Assembly (NCBI RefSeq): GCF_006345805.1
Contig: NC_042997.1
Coordinates: 111,166,001 to 111,230,000 of the forward strand
DNA length: 64,000 nt
Origin: Octopus sinensis
Taxonomy: Eukaryota
Direction of reading: 5' to 3'
Shown here: positions 10,921-23,651 of the stretch, piece by piece
Numbering within the stretch: the stretch's first letter is position 1
Layout of the letters: each line of letters opens with the position of its first letter
Program-made: the position numbers and the translations under genes
The notes under the pieces: model-generated
Told to the model about the DNA's origin: nothing
Database searches by the model: none
Seen by the model: only the letters and a program-made list of their open reading frames with translations

Positions 10921-13900
10921 TTGGGTTTGCCATTTCGCTTGGTTATTTGTGTTGGCTATTTGGGTTTGCTATTTGGCTCAGCTATTTGGCTTGGCTATTT
11001 GTGTTTGCTATTTGGCTTGGCTATTTGGGTCGGCTTTTTCAGTTGGCTATTTGGGTTGGCTATTTGGGTTCGCTATTTGTGTTCCCTATTTGGGTTGGAT
11101 ATTGGGCTAGGCTATTTGGGTTGGCTATTTGGGTTTGCTATTTGGCTTGGCTATTTGTGTTTGCTATTTGGGTTGGCTATTTGGGTTTGCTATTTGGCTT
11201 GGCTATTTCGCTTAGCTATTTGGCTTGGCTATTTGGCTAGGCTATTTGGCTTGGCTATTTGGCTTGGCAATTTGGGTTGCTATTTGGGTTGGCTATTTGT
11301 GTTTGCTATTTCGGTTGGCTATTTGGGTTTGCTTTTTGGCTTGGCAATTTGGGTTGGCTATTTAGGTTGGCTTTTTCAGTTGGCTATTTGGCTTGGCTAC
11401 TTGGGTTGACTACTTGGGTTTGCTATTTGGGTTGGCTATTTCGCTTAGCTATTTCGCTTAGCTATTTGGCTTGGCTATTTGGCTAGGCTATTTGGCTTGC
11501 TATTTGGCTTGGCTATTTGGCTTGGCTATCTGTGTTGGCTATTTGGCTTGGCAATTTGGGTTGGCTATTTGGGTTGGCTCTTTGTGTTTGCTATTTCGGT
11601 TGGCTATTTGGGTTTGCTTTTTGGCTTGGCAATTTGGGTTGGCTATTTGGCTTTGCTATTTGGCTTGGCTATTTGGTTTGGCTATTTGGGTTGGCTATTT
11701 GTATTTCCTATTTGGGCTGGCTATTTGTATTTCCTATTTGGGTTGGCCATTTGGGCTATGTGGGTATGCTATTTGTGTTGGCTATTTGGATTCGCTATTT
11801 GGCTACGCTATTTGGCTTGGTTATTTGGCTTGGCTATTTGGGTTGGCTATTTGTGTTTCCTATTTGGGTTGGCTATTTGGCTAGGCTATTTGGGTTGGCT
11901 TTTTCAGTTGGCTATTTGGCGTGGCGATTTGGCTTGGCTATTTGGCTTGGCTATTTGGGTTTGCTATTTGGCTTGGCTATTTGTGTTGGCAATTTGTGTT
12001 GGCTATTTGGCTTAGCTATTTGGCTAGGCTATTTGGCTTGGCTATTTGGCTTGGCAATTTGGGTTGGCTATTTGGGTTTGCTATTTGGCTTGGCTATTTG
12101 TGTTGGCTATTTGACTTGGCTATTTGTGTTGGCTATTTGGCTTGGCTATTTGTATTTCCTATTTGGGTTGGCTATTTGTATTTCCTATTTGGGTTGGCCA
12201 TTTGGGTTAGCTATTTGGCTTGGCTATTTGGCTTGGCAATTTGGGTTGGCTTTTTCAGTTGGCTATTTGGCTTGGCTACTTGGGTTGACTATTTGGGTTG
12301 GTATTTGGGTTGGCTATTTGGCTTTGCTATTTGGCTTGGCTATTTGGCTTGGCTATTTGTATTTCCTATTTGGCTTGGCTATTTGTATTTCCTATTTGGG
12401 TTGGCTATTTGGGTTGGCCATTTGGGTTAGCTATTTGGCTTGGCTATTTGGCTTGGCTATTTGGCTTGGCTATTTGGCTTGGCAATTTGGGTTGGCTATT
12501 TGGGTTGGCTCTTTGTGTTTGCTATTTCGGTTGGCTATTTGGGTTTGCTTTTTGGCTTGGCAATTTGGGTTGGCTATTTGGGTTGGCTTTTTCAGTTGGC
12601 TATTTGGCTTGGCTACTTGGGTTGACTATTTGGGTTTGGTATTTGGGTTGGCTATTTGGCTTTGCTATTTGGCTTGGCTATTTGTATTTCCTATTTGGGT
12701 TGGCTATTTTGGTTTGCTATTTGTGTTGGCTATTTGGGTTGGCCATTTGGGTTAGCTATTTGGCTTGGCTATTTGGGATTGCTATTAGTGTTGGCTATTT
12801 GGCTTGGTCATTTGGCTTGGCTATTTGGGTTGGCTATTTGTGTTGGCTATATGTGTTTCCTATTTGGGTTTGCTATTTGGCTTGGCTATTTGGGTTGGCA
12901 ATTTGTGTTTTTGCTATTTGGCGTAGCTATTTGGCTTGGCTATTTGGCTCGATTATTTGGGTGGGCTATTTGCGTTGGCTATTTGAGTTGACTCTTTGGA
13001 TTGGCTATTTGGCTAGGCTATTCGGCTAGGTTATTTGGGTTGGCTATTTATGTTGGCTATTTGAGTTGGCTATTTGGATTGGCTTCTTGGGTTGGCTTTT
13101 TGGCTAGGCTATTTGGGTTGTCTATTTGGGTTGTCTATTTGGCTTGGCTATTTGGGTTGGCTATTTGGGTTGGTTATTTGGGTTTGCTTTTTGGCTTGGC
13201 TATTTGGTTTGGCTATTTGTGTGTGATATTTGGCTTGGCTATTTGGCTATGTTATTTGGCTTGGCTATTTATGTTGGCTATATGAGTTGGGTATTTGGAT
13301 TGGCTTTTTGGGTTGGCTATTTGGCTAGGCTATTTGGGTTGGCTATTTGGGTTGGCTATTCGGGTTGGCTAATTGTGTTTCCTATTTGTGTTGGCTATTT
13401 GGATTGGCTATATTACTACGCTATTTGGGTTGGCTATTTGGCATAGCTATTTGGTTTGCATTTTGGGTTGGCTATTTGGGTTTGCTATTTGTGTTGGCTA
13501 TTTTGCTTAGCTATTTGGCTTGGCAATTCGGGCTGACTATTTTTGTTTGGGTTGGCTATTTCGGTTGGCTATTTGGGTTAGCTATTTCGGTTGGCTATTT
13601 GGGTTTGCTATTTGGCTCGGCTATTTGGGTTGGCGATTTGTGTTTGCTATTTGGGTTGGCTATTTGGCTTGGCTATTTGGCTTGGCTATTTGGGGTGGCT
13701 ATTTGGCTCTGCTATTTGGCTAGGCTATTTGGGTTGGCTATTTGGGTTGGCTATTCGGGTTGGCTAATTGTGTTTCCTATTTGTGTTAGCTATTTGGATT
13801 GGCTATTTCGATTGGCTATATTACTACGCTATTTGGGTTGGCTATTTGGCTTAGCTATTTGGTTTGCATTTTGGGTTGGCTATTTGGGTTTGCTATTTGT

Positions 13901-14333
13901 GTTGGCTATTTTGCTTAGCTATTTGGCTTGGCAATTCGGGCTGACTATTTTTGTTTGGGTTGGCTATTTCGGTTGGCTATTTGGGTTAGCTATTTCGGTT
14001 GGCTATTTGGTTTGCTATTTGGCTCGGCTATTTGGGTTGGCGATTTGTGTTTGCTATTTGGGTTGGCTATTTGGCTTGGCTATTTGGCTTGGCTATTTGG
14101 GTTGGCTATTTGGCTCTGCTATTTGGGTTGGCTATTTGGGTTTGCCATTTGGGTTGTCTATTTGGCTTGGCTTTTTGGGTTGGCTATTTGGGTTTGCTAT
14201 TTGGCTTGGCTATTTGGCTTGGCTATTTGGCTTGGCTATTTGGCTTGGCTATTTTGGTTTGCTATTTGGCTTGGCTATTTGGCTAGGTTATTTGGGTTGG
14301 CTATTTGGGTTGGCTATTTGTGTTGGCTATTTG
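10921..14333 (+). repeat. 13-bp satellite array, consensus TTGGCTATTTGG(G/C), about 260 units
   Basis: Direct reading; includes higher-order duplications. Confidence 0.97.
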
Positions 14334-14730
14334 TGACTGTGCATGCGCGAACGTATGCGTGCACATGCTTGAACGTGTGACTGCGCATGCGCGAAAGTGT
14401 GACTGAGGATGCGCGTACGTGTGTGTGCGCATGCGCGAAAGTGTGACTGAGGATGCGCGTACGTGTGTGTGCGCATGCGCGAAAGTGTGACTGAGGATGC
14501 GCGTACGTGTGTGTGCGCATGCGCGAAAGTGTGACTGAGGATGCGCGTACGTGTGTGTGCGCATGCGCGAACGTGTGACTTCGCATGCGCGAACGTGTGA
14601 CTTCGCATGCGCGAACGTGTGACTGCGCATGCGCGAAAGTGTGACTGAGGATGCGCGTACGTGTGTGTGCGCATTCGCGAACGTGTGACTGCGCATGCGT
14701 GAACGTGTGACTGCGCATGCGCAGTCACAC
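14334..14730 (+). repeat. 22/44-bp CpG-rich minisatellite
   Basis: 44-bp dimer GTGTGACTGAGGATGCGCGTACGTGTGTGTGCGCATGCGCGAAA plus 22-bp monomers. Confidence 0.9.
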
Positions 14731-15206
14731 TTTACGAGGGAGGGAAGAAGGGGGAGAAGCAACACAGGTGCAGGTGTGAGTATGGACGCCAACTCCACTG
14801 CCATCGACACACGAAAAAATATGCGTTAAAATGGAAAAAAATGATGTTAAATTATTTTTTAAATCGTAGACTCATCGTAGACGCGCGCTAATACCCAGAC
14901 GGGCTCGATATGAATCACGACTATAAGATACCCGAATGTGGTTAAACTGCACCGCAAAATGTGGGAGTAGTTAGGATCTAAATTGTAGGAGACAGACACT
15001 CACACAACTTCACTTTTACATATATAGATATATATGTGTGTGCGTGCGTGGATGTGTGAAGCTAGAAGCTGTCAAGTGCTGTAGTTTGAAACTGCTTTAG
15101 ACAAAGTAACATAGTCTCAAGCGACATATAAATCAAGAATATATGTATATATATGTATATATATATATGTATATATATTATATATATATATATATGTATA
15201 TATATG

Positions 15207-15266
<60 letters not shown>

Positions 15267-15342
15267 ATAATAATAGGGAGTAAATCCAAACTTACAGGGA
15301 AAAATTAGATTAAGGATTAAATCTAATTTTTTAGTATAAATA

Positions 15343-15470
15343 TATATATTAAATTAGAGATAAAACCACTATTAGGCAAATCAAACAGTGAAAATCATAA
15401 ACCAATATTGGTTTATGATTTTCACTGTTTGATTTGCCTAATAGTGGTTTTATCTCTAATTTAATATATA
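15343..15470. repeat. Perfect 128-bp palindrome
   Basis: Centre CCAATATTGG at 15402-15411; the arms match with no spacer. Confidence 0.92.
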
Positions 15471-15751
15471 AATATATATACATATATATTTTTTTTTGTT
15501 TTTATATTCATGTAACATCATCCGTTTTCCGTCCTTGTTTCGTATACATTCGCTGCTTTCTTCCAAGGAATCTAATGCTCTTAGCTTAGTTTTTCCTTGG
15601 GGCTGGCCAGATTGGAGCAATCTCATGATTAATCAGCCGAAATTGTGAGGATGATCTGGTTCTTGACTGAGGATTAAAGGCTTCGAATGACCTGTCCATG
15701 TTTTTTGTATCATCTTCTGGATGTTTTGCGTTCTTGTCTCATTTTGTATTT

Positions 15752-15803
<52 letters not shown>

Positions 15804-15836
15804 TGTATGTATGTATGTATGTATAAATGTATATAA

Positions 15837-16168
15837 GGGCACAGGAGTGGCCTCAGGATGACCAAAGCCTTGTGGGTGGATTTGGGAGATGGAAACTGAA
15901 AGAAGCCCATCATATATATATTCATATATATATATGTATATGTATATATGTATGTATGTATGTATGTATATGTTTGTCCCCGCACCATCGCTTGATAACT
16001 GATGTTGATGTGTTTACATCTCTGTAACTTAGCAGTTTGGGAAAAGAGACTGATACAATAAGTACTAGGCTTACAAAGAATAAGTCCTAGGGTTGATTTG
16101 CTCAACTAAAGACAGTGCTCCAGCATGGCCATAGTCAAATGACTGAAACAAGTAAAAGAATAAAAGAA
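15837..16168 (+). mobile_element. tRNA-derived SINE family A (head internally deleted)
   Basis: Matches the body and tail of 23652-24035. Confidence 0.8.
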
Positions 16169-16512
16169 CATAATTCTTAAACAAGGATATTATTGACAGT
16201 GACTTCGAAGTTTCGGCCTGCTTAAGCCACTATTTATTGGTGACAGAAACTTCCTTGTTCTGGTTAGTTTTTCTCGTTGAAACATATTCTCCAAATGGCA
16301 ACAATGATATTGGTCAGAAATGTTCCGTTTCAATAATACAGCACAGTACAGTAAATTGGTCATTAAAAAAAAATCAATAGCTTTTATTGTTTATTCTTTT
16401 AACCATTCTATTGGTTGTAGTTATTGTTAGCAATCGCATTCAATAATTTCTATCAATCATTCAGATATATTGGTGACACATGGATGTTTAACTACGTTGA
16501 TGGAAATATATG

Positions 16513-16742
16513 TATTTCTTTACTACCCACAAGGGGCTAAACACATAGGGGACAAACAAGGACAGACAAACAGATTAAGTCGATTACATCAACCCCAGTG
16601 CGTAACTGGTACTTAATTTATCGACCCCGAAAGGATGAAAGGCAAAGTCGACCTCGGCAGAATTTGAACTTGGAATGTAACATCAGATGAAATACAGCTA
16701 CGCATTTCGCCCAGTGTACTAACATTTCTGCCACCTTGCTGC
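16513..16742 (-). mobile_element. SINE family B
   Basis: Core GCCTTTCATCCTTTCGGGGTCGATAAATTAAGTACCAG; copies at 21752, 38503, 60989 and 62750. Confidence 0.85.
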
Positions 16743-17157
16743 CTGGAAGATGTGTGCATCTGTGTTTGTGTGTGTGTGTGTGCGTGTGCATACATGTATA
16801 CATACATACATACATACATACATACATAATGATATGCAACTGTAAGATCCAAGTGTAGGAAGTTAGTAAGCTTCAAGCTGTCCATTGTAAGTATAAAAGC
16901 AACTTTCAGGAACAATAACAGTTTATTGGCGCTGAAGGTTGTAGGCTTTTCTCATATCGATGTTCAGTAAGCTGAAAAAATGTTTTCTAGCTCATGGTTA
17001 GCATCTCAGGTTGCTATGAATTTAAATAAAAATTCAAATTGAGGGAATGGAGCAGGTTAAATCCAGGCTGCATATGTTTCCTGGCTAGCAGATCTTTGGA
17101 AGTAGTTAGGAAACATATGTAGTCTGGATTTTACCTGCTCTAGTCCATCACTTTGGA

Positions 17158-17719
17158 TATATACATGGTGGCTGCCCCCTCATTATCGAGTATGGCCATT
17201 GCACGAAGCTTAATCAATGTTGTTATCGTGCAATGCCTGTGCAAGAAGATTTTTTTTAAAGTGAGGAAAGGTTGTGCACTGAGTCAATCCCACTCACTAA
17301 GCAACAGCAGCCATAATCCGAAAAGAAGAACAAGTCAGCATCATCGGTAACCACTGAACCGCAGGTTTTATATTGGAGTTATCCCAGTTACCTGAGTTAC
17401 CTTCTCCTAGAAGGATGCCCTAACAAAGGCTAGGAGTCCTTCACTCCCAATGGTTTAACCACGCGATCGGGTGTTCAGTCCGATTATTTCTATTTCCTGT
17501 GCATGATACAGCCTTAAGATATTTATTGGATGGCCGTTGACTCTCAAGAGTTCCTCCACCCTTTGACGGGTTTTGTTTTTCATCCCACAGGGTGTCCAAT
17601 AAACACCCTCCTCACCAAGCAAGCTTGGTGGGGTTGCCGGTTTAGTCACCGACGACCCAACCATGCAACAGGTTGTACTGGGTTACATGTTACCAGTAGC
17701 ACTCGAAAGTGACCTGACA
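17158..17719 (-). mobile_element. Probable RTE-related non-autonomous element or 5' UTR
   Basis: Minus strand CTAGCCTTTGTTAGGGCATCCTTCTAGGAGAAGG resembles RTE 5'UTR motifs, recalled from memory. Confidence 0.4.
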
Positions 17720-18052
17720 TACATACATACATGCATGCATATTACATACATACATACATTCAGTCTCATGCGGATGTCTCGTGTATAGTTCTGCATATTA
17801 TATTTGCAATGATGATCATACTGAAGAGCTACGGACAATTATTTAAGTAATTTTGCATTAGAGTTAATAGTGAAATCAGTTTATGATTAATCTATATTTT
17901 GTTTCTTTTCATTTGTCTTGCTCGCTTACGTTCTAGCGTTTGCTAAATTTTCTTGAGAACATTCCTTTCTTAGTGGTAAGACTATAGCGGATCTACTTCT
18001 AGCATAATGGATGTCCATGTAGTGGTCATCCTTCTTACATGTATATACATAT

Positions 18053-18222
18053 AATTAATTGTTATCGCCATATTAATATGGCAGTCTTATAGATATAAGA
18101 CTAAAGTTGACACAAACTGTCAAATAGCTAGCTTAAGGCAATGGCCTCATGGAGCTAATCAGCGACAGCTTTTGTCTTATATCTATAAGACTGCCATATT
18201 AATATGGCGATAACAATTAATT
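18053..18222. repeat. Inverted repeat (~60-bp arms)
   Basis: AATTAATTGTTATCGCCATATTAATATGGCAGTCTTATAGATATAAGAC and its reverse complement. Confidence 0.9.
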
Positions 18223-18734
18223 TCGAGTAACGCTGCCGTAATCTCTTTTAGAGAGACTTAGTAATTTTAATATTTCTATCATATACATATATATATGAAT
18301 AAATATAAGATACATCAAATACATCACTAACAAGGGAAAAATACGTGAACACACGAGAGACAAGTACAGAACAAATGAAAAGAAGTCAAACTCCTCCTCA
18401 GTTGTCGACTGTTAATTACTCCCTGTTTCATGCTTTTAACGACAAGATAGGAAAACTTCATAAGACAGCAGCATCCAGAAATTTTTAAAATATAAAATTT
18501 GTGGAGTTTTAAGGCTTCGAACAAACAAAAAACAGAGTGGATGTATAAAGTAAACAATTGACGAAGACAAACATTAAAGGCTGTTAGACCAAAATGAATT
18601 GTAATGGCCAACGCCTGGGAGAAATTTTTAAAGGAAATAGAATAAATAGAGAAGGAAATAGTAAAAGAGAAAAAAAGGGAACAAATGTCAGCAGATGATA
18701 GAAAATTATGTCCAGCTAAGTACATATTGCATCC

Positions 18735-19030
18735 AGAACCCCCTTGAGTACATGAATGACCATGGGATTGCACCTAGAAAGTTCCCCTCCAAGGCACATT
18801 TGGGCAAGCTTGTTTATGGATGACCGGTAGTTACCCATGCATACCAGCCTCTTCTCTCCACACTACCAGTGTTATCCAAGGGAAAGGCAATAGGGCTGAT
18901 ATAGATTGGCACCAGTGACATCACAACTCATTTCTAGACTGAGTTAACTGGAGCAACATGAAATAAAGTATCTTGCTCAAGAACACAACACACAGCCTGG
19001 TTTGGGAATCGAACTCACTAACTCATGATT
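18735..19030 (-). mobile_element. tRNA-derived SINE (family C-like head)
   Basis: B box GAGTTCGATTCCC, followed by TTCTTGAGCAAGATACTTTATTTCATGTTGCTCCAG. Confidence 0.7.
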
Positions 19031-20432
19031 CCACCTTCTAACCCTGAAAGCGTTCTTGACAACTTGTTCCATTGTTAACCCTCTGCTTTTAATATCTTCC
19101 GTTATTGTTCTCCATCACATTTCCTTTGGTCAGCCACCATCTTCTTTTACTTTGTGGAACCCATTGCAAAGCGATCCTGACAATTCAGTTTCGTTTATAG
19201 CTACAAACTCGACCCAGCCATTTCCATCTCCTTGCTTCTAGTTTCCCTTATTAGTTTCACGTTAGCCTTGGTGTGTAATTGGTTATTCAAGATCATATTC
19301 AGCCAGCAGATCTTCAAAATTTTTCATAAACATTTATTTTGAAACCCCTCCAATTTGTTTTCAATACTTTTGGTTGTTTTCCAAGATTCGGATTCACAGA
19401 GGAGGATGCTAAGTATGTTGCCTTTGTAAGATCGTATTTTGGTGCTCAAGTTGAATATTGGTGATTTCCATATTGAGTTTAACATACCAAATGATTGGTT
19501 TGGTTGGCTTTGCCAATTCTTGTATTTATTTCATGAATACAGTCTCCATCCATTGTTATTTTGGTGTCTAGATAGGTAAACTCGTCAACATTTCTGATTG
19601 GTTTATCATTCAATGTCACATGGTCCACATCTGTTATATTTTTACAAAGAGTGTACATTTTCTTCTTGTTGATTTTGAGACCTATGGTGTTGGCTATTTG
19701 ACTAAGTCTTTCAGATTTGCCTTGTAACTCCTGAGGCGTGTATAGGAACAAACAAATGTCATCTGCATAATCTAGCTCTTCTAGTTGAGTTGTACTCCGT
19801 CCTCTGCCTCATTTATATTCTTTTGTCATTTTTTGCATCAACTAATTCACTGCCAATGAAAATAAGATTGGTGATAACACGCATCCTTGTTTGAGTCCAG
19901 TTTTGATTTCAAACGGATCCGTCAGTTTATTGTTGTGTATAACTTGATATTCGAAGTTTTCATACAATAACTGAATCATCTTGACTAATTTCTGCGGAAA
20001 ATCATAGTGTCTGAGAATATTGGTGAAAGCATTAGAAAGTTTTTATAAAGTCAACAAACAGCACGTACAAAGATGAGTTCCATTCATGGGATTGTTCGAG
20101 TATTTGGCAAATTACAAAAATATTGTCAATACATGATTTTCCTTTCCTGATTCCAGCCTGCTCTTGGCAAAGTAATTGGTCTCCTGCTGCAGCTGTGATG
20201 CACTGCAATATGATATGGGTGAATATGTTACTGGTGATTGATAATGGAGTGATTCCTCTCCAATTATTACAGTCTGATGCATCACCTTTCTTTGGTAATT
20301 TCACAATGAGTCCCTTTTTCCAGTTGTTTGGTATTTCCTCATTGATGCAGACATTTTGTAAAATATTTTGGAAAATAACTGGTAATGTTTTGGCCTCTGC
20401 TTTAAGCATTTCAGCACAAACTCCATCTAATC
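19030..20432 (-). mobile_element. RTE-clade LINE RT fragment (pseudogenised)
   Basis: WKKGLIVKLPKKGD..DCNNWRGIT.LS, EQAG.RKGKSCID.IF and FVDF motifs; LDYADDICL at ~19750-19775. Confidence 0.9.
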
Positions 20433-20847
20433 TTACACACACACACACACACATACGTATGTGTAAGCTGATGCTCCAGCATGACAACAGTCTAAAGACT
20501 GAAGCAAAAGGTAAAAGATGCATGCATGAGTGTATTTGAAGACATACACATACATACGCATATACATACACATATACACATGCATACACATACATACATG
20601 AATATACACACATGCACACAAACACACTGCATTATGTTTGTCCCCCACCATCACTTAACAACAGGTGTTGATGTTTTTATGTCCCCATATCCTAGCAGTT
20701 CGGTGAAAGAGACAGACAGACAGACAGAATAAGTACCAAACTTTTAAAAAAGAAAGATAAGTACAAGTCGTCATTGACTTATGACCAGAATTGGTTCCGA
20801 CTGACTGGTCGTAAGCCAATTTGGTCGTAAGTCAGCCTATAGGCCTA

Positions 20848-21006
20848 CATATCATCATCATCATCATTGTTCGACCGTGGTCGAGACAATGGAATTTACC
20901 ATGCTATGCCAGACTTCACGGTCCATCATGGCATTACGGAGGTCCTGTTGCTGGATTGCCTGTATCCCTGGAGATTAAATCAGGGTAGGAGAGTGTGCGC
21001 CCTCTG
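20848..21006 (-). mobile_element. 3' end of an RTE-type LINE with a (TGA)n tail
   Basis: Minus strand GRTLSYPD.ISRDTG..QQDLRNAMMDREVW...* followed by (TGA)n. Confidence 0.7.
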
Positions 21007-21038
21007 TAAAACTTTGTTTTATATTTCTACATACTTAA

Positions 21039-21257
21039 CCCTTTCGTTACCAACCTGGCTGAAACTGGCTCTGGTTCTGAGATACAAATGTCTTGTTTTC
21101 ATAAGTTTTGAATTAAAATTTTCCACCAAACCTTAGTCACAATTTATGTTCCTAACACTAGCTGAAAGATAACAGATATTTTACTAAATTATTTGTTATA
21201 TTTAAAGTAATTGAAAGGAACACAAAGCATCTCAAAATAAATACAGTAATGAAAGGA
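21039..21257. mobile_element. piggyBac-like MITE
   Basis: TTAA|CCCTTTCGTTAC ... GTAATGAAAGGA|TTAA; 219 bp. Confidence 0.75.
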
Positions 21258-21751
21258 TTAAGGAACATTCTCAGGTAAAAGTCACACACACCATTCTGTA
21301 TTATACTATTATACAGGCGTTAGTCAAAGATTTCAGAGTCTTAAGCAGTCGTCTTATAAACAAATATGAGGTTGCCTTGATGTCTCCACAACAGAATAAT
21401 CATCCAACACAGTGGCAATCAATAACTAAACCTAGGAGAAGCATTTGTTAGCTGACATCATCCATAGACAGGTTAATTTCTAAGAAATTTAGGCTATTAA
21501 ATTTCAACTGGACTATTTATTATTGCTGCCAGGAGCTGGCGCGCCAATCGTTGTAAAGTCAATCGGTCGTGAGTCGGATAAGTCATAAGTCGACAACAAC
21601 CTTTAATGGGGGTTGATTCATAAAAACTAAAATTACTCCAAGGTAGTGCTCTAGCATGACAGCAGTCTAAAGACTGAAGCAAACGGTAGAAGATGCATGC
21701 ATGAGTGTATTTGAAGACAAACACATACATACACATGCATACACATACATA

Positions 21752-21976
21752 TCTATTTCTTTACTACCCACAAGGGGCTAAACACAGACGGGACAAACAA
21801 GGACAGACAAACGAATTAAGTCGATTATATTGACCCCAGTGCATAACTGGTACTTATTTAATCGACCCTGAAAGGATGAAAGGCAAAGTCAACCTCGGCA
21901 GAATTTGACCTCAGAACGTAGCGGCGGATGAAATACCGCTAGGCATTTTGCCCGGCGTGCTAACATTTCTGCCAGC
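21752..21976 (-). mobile_element. SINE family B
   Basis: Nearly identical to 16513-16742. Confidence 0.85.
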
Positions 21977-22017
21977 ATACATGAACACACACACATGCAC
22001 ACAAACACACTCTCATG

Positions 22018-22048
<31 letters not shown>

Positions 22049-22737
22049 ACACTGAATGAGAGACATTAAACCGTCTGATGTTAAATAAATCAGTGACACC
22101 AAATAAGCGGCGCCAAAACAGCTGTGCCAAAACATCTCATACCATATATAAATAGTCAAACATTTTTTTTATTTCCCTTCTCAATTCTCTGCCATATTCT
22201 TCCTACGTCCCATATCAACCAGAAAGAATATTCTGGATCTAGCTTCAATCTCACAACATCCTCACCTCTGGTGAAAGTGCCATACATGCCTTACTAAATT
22301 CCTACCAAGACCTTTGTATTTTACGCTATTTCTTTCATCTCCCCACTCCATAATGCCTTCCAAATGCATTATGTCTGAATGTTTGCAACTTTTAGATGGG
22401 TTCCTGGTGATGAGTTAAGTTTACTCACAAAGTTAACCATAGCAGAACTTAAACTTTGAACACAAGAACATCCAATCTAATGTTCTAACACTTCTGTCAT
22501 TGTACCACCTTGGATTCGTTCCTTTTTATCGTCCCTGGGAGAATAAAAGGCAAAGGTGACTGGAAAAGGATTTGAACTCAAACTGTAAGGAGTCAAAACA
22601 AAAACTGCAAAGGCATTCTGCCTGACTCTCTAACGACTCTGCCAATTCACTACATGACTGTTACCATTTCTAAGTTCTCCTGTCCGTTTGCTTCCTGTCA
22701 AAGACTTTGACAGCATGCCATAAACTGGTACTCCATT

Positions 22738-23048
22738 GGTCACGACGAGTGTTCCAGCCGATCCGATCAACGGAACATCTGCTCAGGAAATTAAGGTGCA
22801 GAAGTGGCTGAGCACTCCACAGACATGCGTACCTTTAATCTAGTACTCAGGGAGACTCAGTGTGACACAGAAATGTGACAAGGCTGGCCCCTTTGTATTA
22901 CAGGTAGAAATCATTTTTGCCAGCTCAGTTGACTGGAGCAATGTGAAATGAAGTGTCTTGCTCAAGGATACAAAGTGCTGCCAGGAATTGAACTCACAAC
23001 TTTATGGTTGTGAGCCGAATACTCCTGCCACTAAGCCATGTGCCTTCA
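22738..23048 (-). mobile_element. tRNA-derived SINE family C
   Basis: A box TGGCTTAGTGG and B box GAGTTCAATTCC; the head is shared with 62486-62615. Confidence 0.8.
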
Positions 23049-23651
23049 CTCACCACTCAAAACACTCTAACCCTTTACATTGAAGAGGAACATCGAAGAC
23101 AACCAATCAACTGATCACACCCTGTGTTCCTTAAGCACCCATAAGTCCTTTGGTCATGTACAAATACTCTCTGAAGTTCCTTCATTCCATGCTTGCTGCA
23201 TTAGAATCCTCATCACTCCGAAGACATAAAAACAGTCTTTGTAAATCTTATATGAAGCATCATTGATGCCCAAGGTATTATTCTATGTTGCCTTCTTCCC
23301 AAATATGGGGTGTGGCAAAACAACTCCTCCATATTTATAAATTTTGACAAAACTTTAAACAGAAAATGTACAGCGTACACTGAATCACACCATATTTGTA
23401 ATTGAAACAAAAATGGTAAAGCACTAACTACACAAAGACATCATTACCATTTGCTTAACTACATTGGCACTGTACCAATAGTCATGTAAAATATGGGATG
23501 TTTTTCTGTCTCACCCCCTATCTGTTGTAGGATCTGAACAACAAAACTGAATTTGTCTGGCAGAGGTGGAAGTAACTCTTCAATGATAAAAAAGATGTAA
23601 GGGACGTCTTGTTGACATCTGACTATACATTGAATAAATGATCATGAAGTA

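Larger units (their letters stand above)
10159..15028 (-). mobile_element. Non-autonomous Helitron (core 10159-10660) extended by a satellite and a second 5' module (14731-15028)
   Basis: Same 3' hairpin plus CTAG at 10159-10190. 5' TC termini at 10660 and 15028. Segment 14731-15028 is nearly identical to 9847-10146. Confidence 0.75.
20764..21603. mobile_element. pogo/Tigger-like MITE interrupting a SINE and carrying nested insertions
   Basis: TA|CAAGTCGTCATTGACTTATGAC ... GTCATAAGTCGACAACAACCTT|TA. The SINE tail continues on both sides. Confidence 0.6.

Noticed and set aside
10921-14333. CRISPR-like array
   Set aside because: No unique spacers, no cas genes, and a eukaryotic context.
10827-14380. 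Long Leu/Trp/Gly-rich ORFs (up to 412 aa) resembling membrane proteins
   Set aside because: They are translations of the 13-bp satellite, which is open in multiple frames.
14400-14570. Tandem CTGAGGA...GCGC-GAAA hammerhead look-alike in the 44-mer
   Set aside because: It has no stem I/III or valid UH site, and it derives from GACTGCGCAT by two substitutions.
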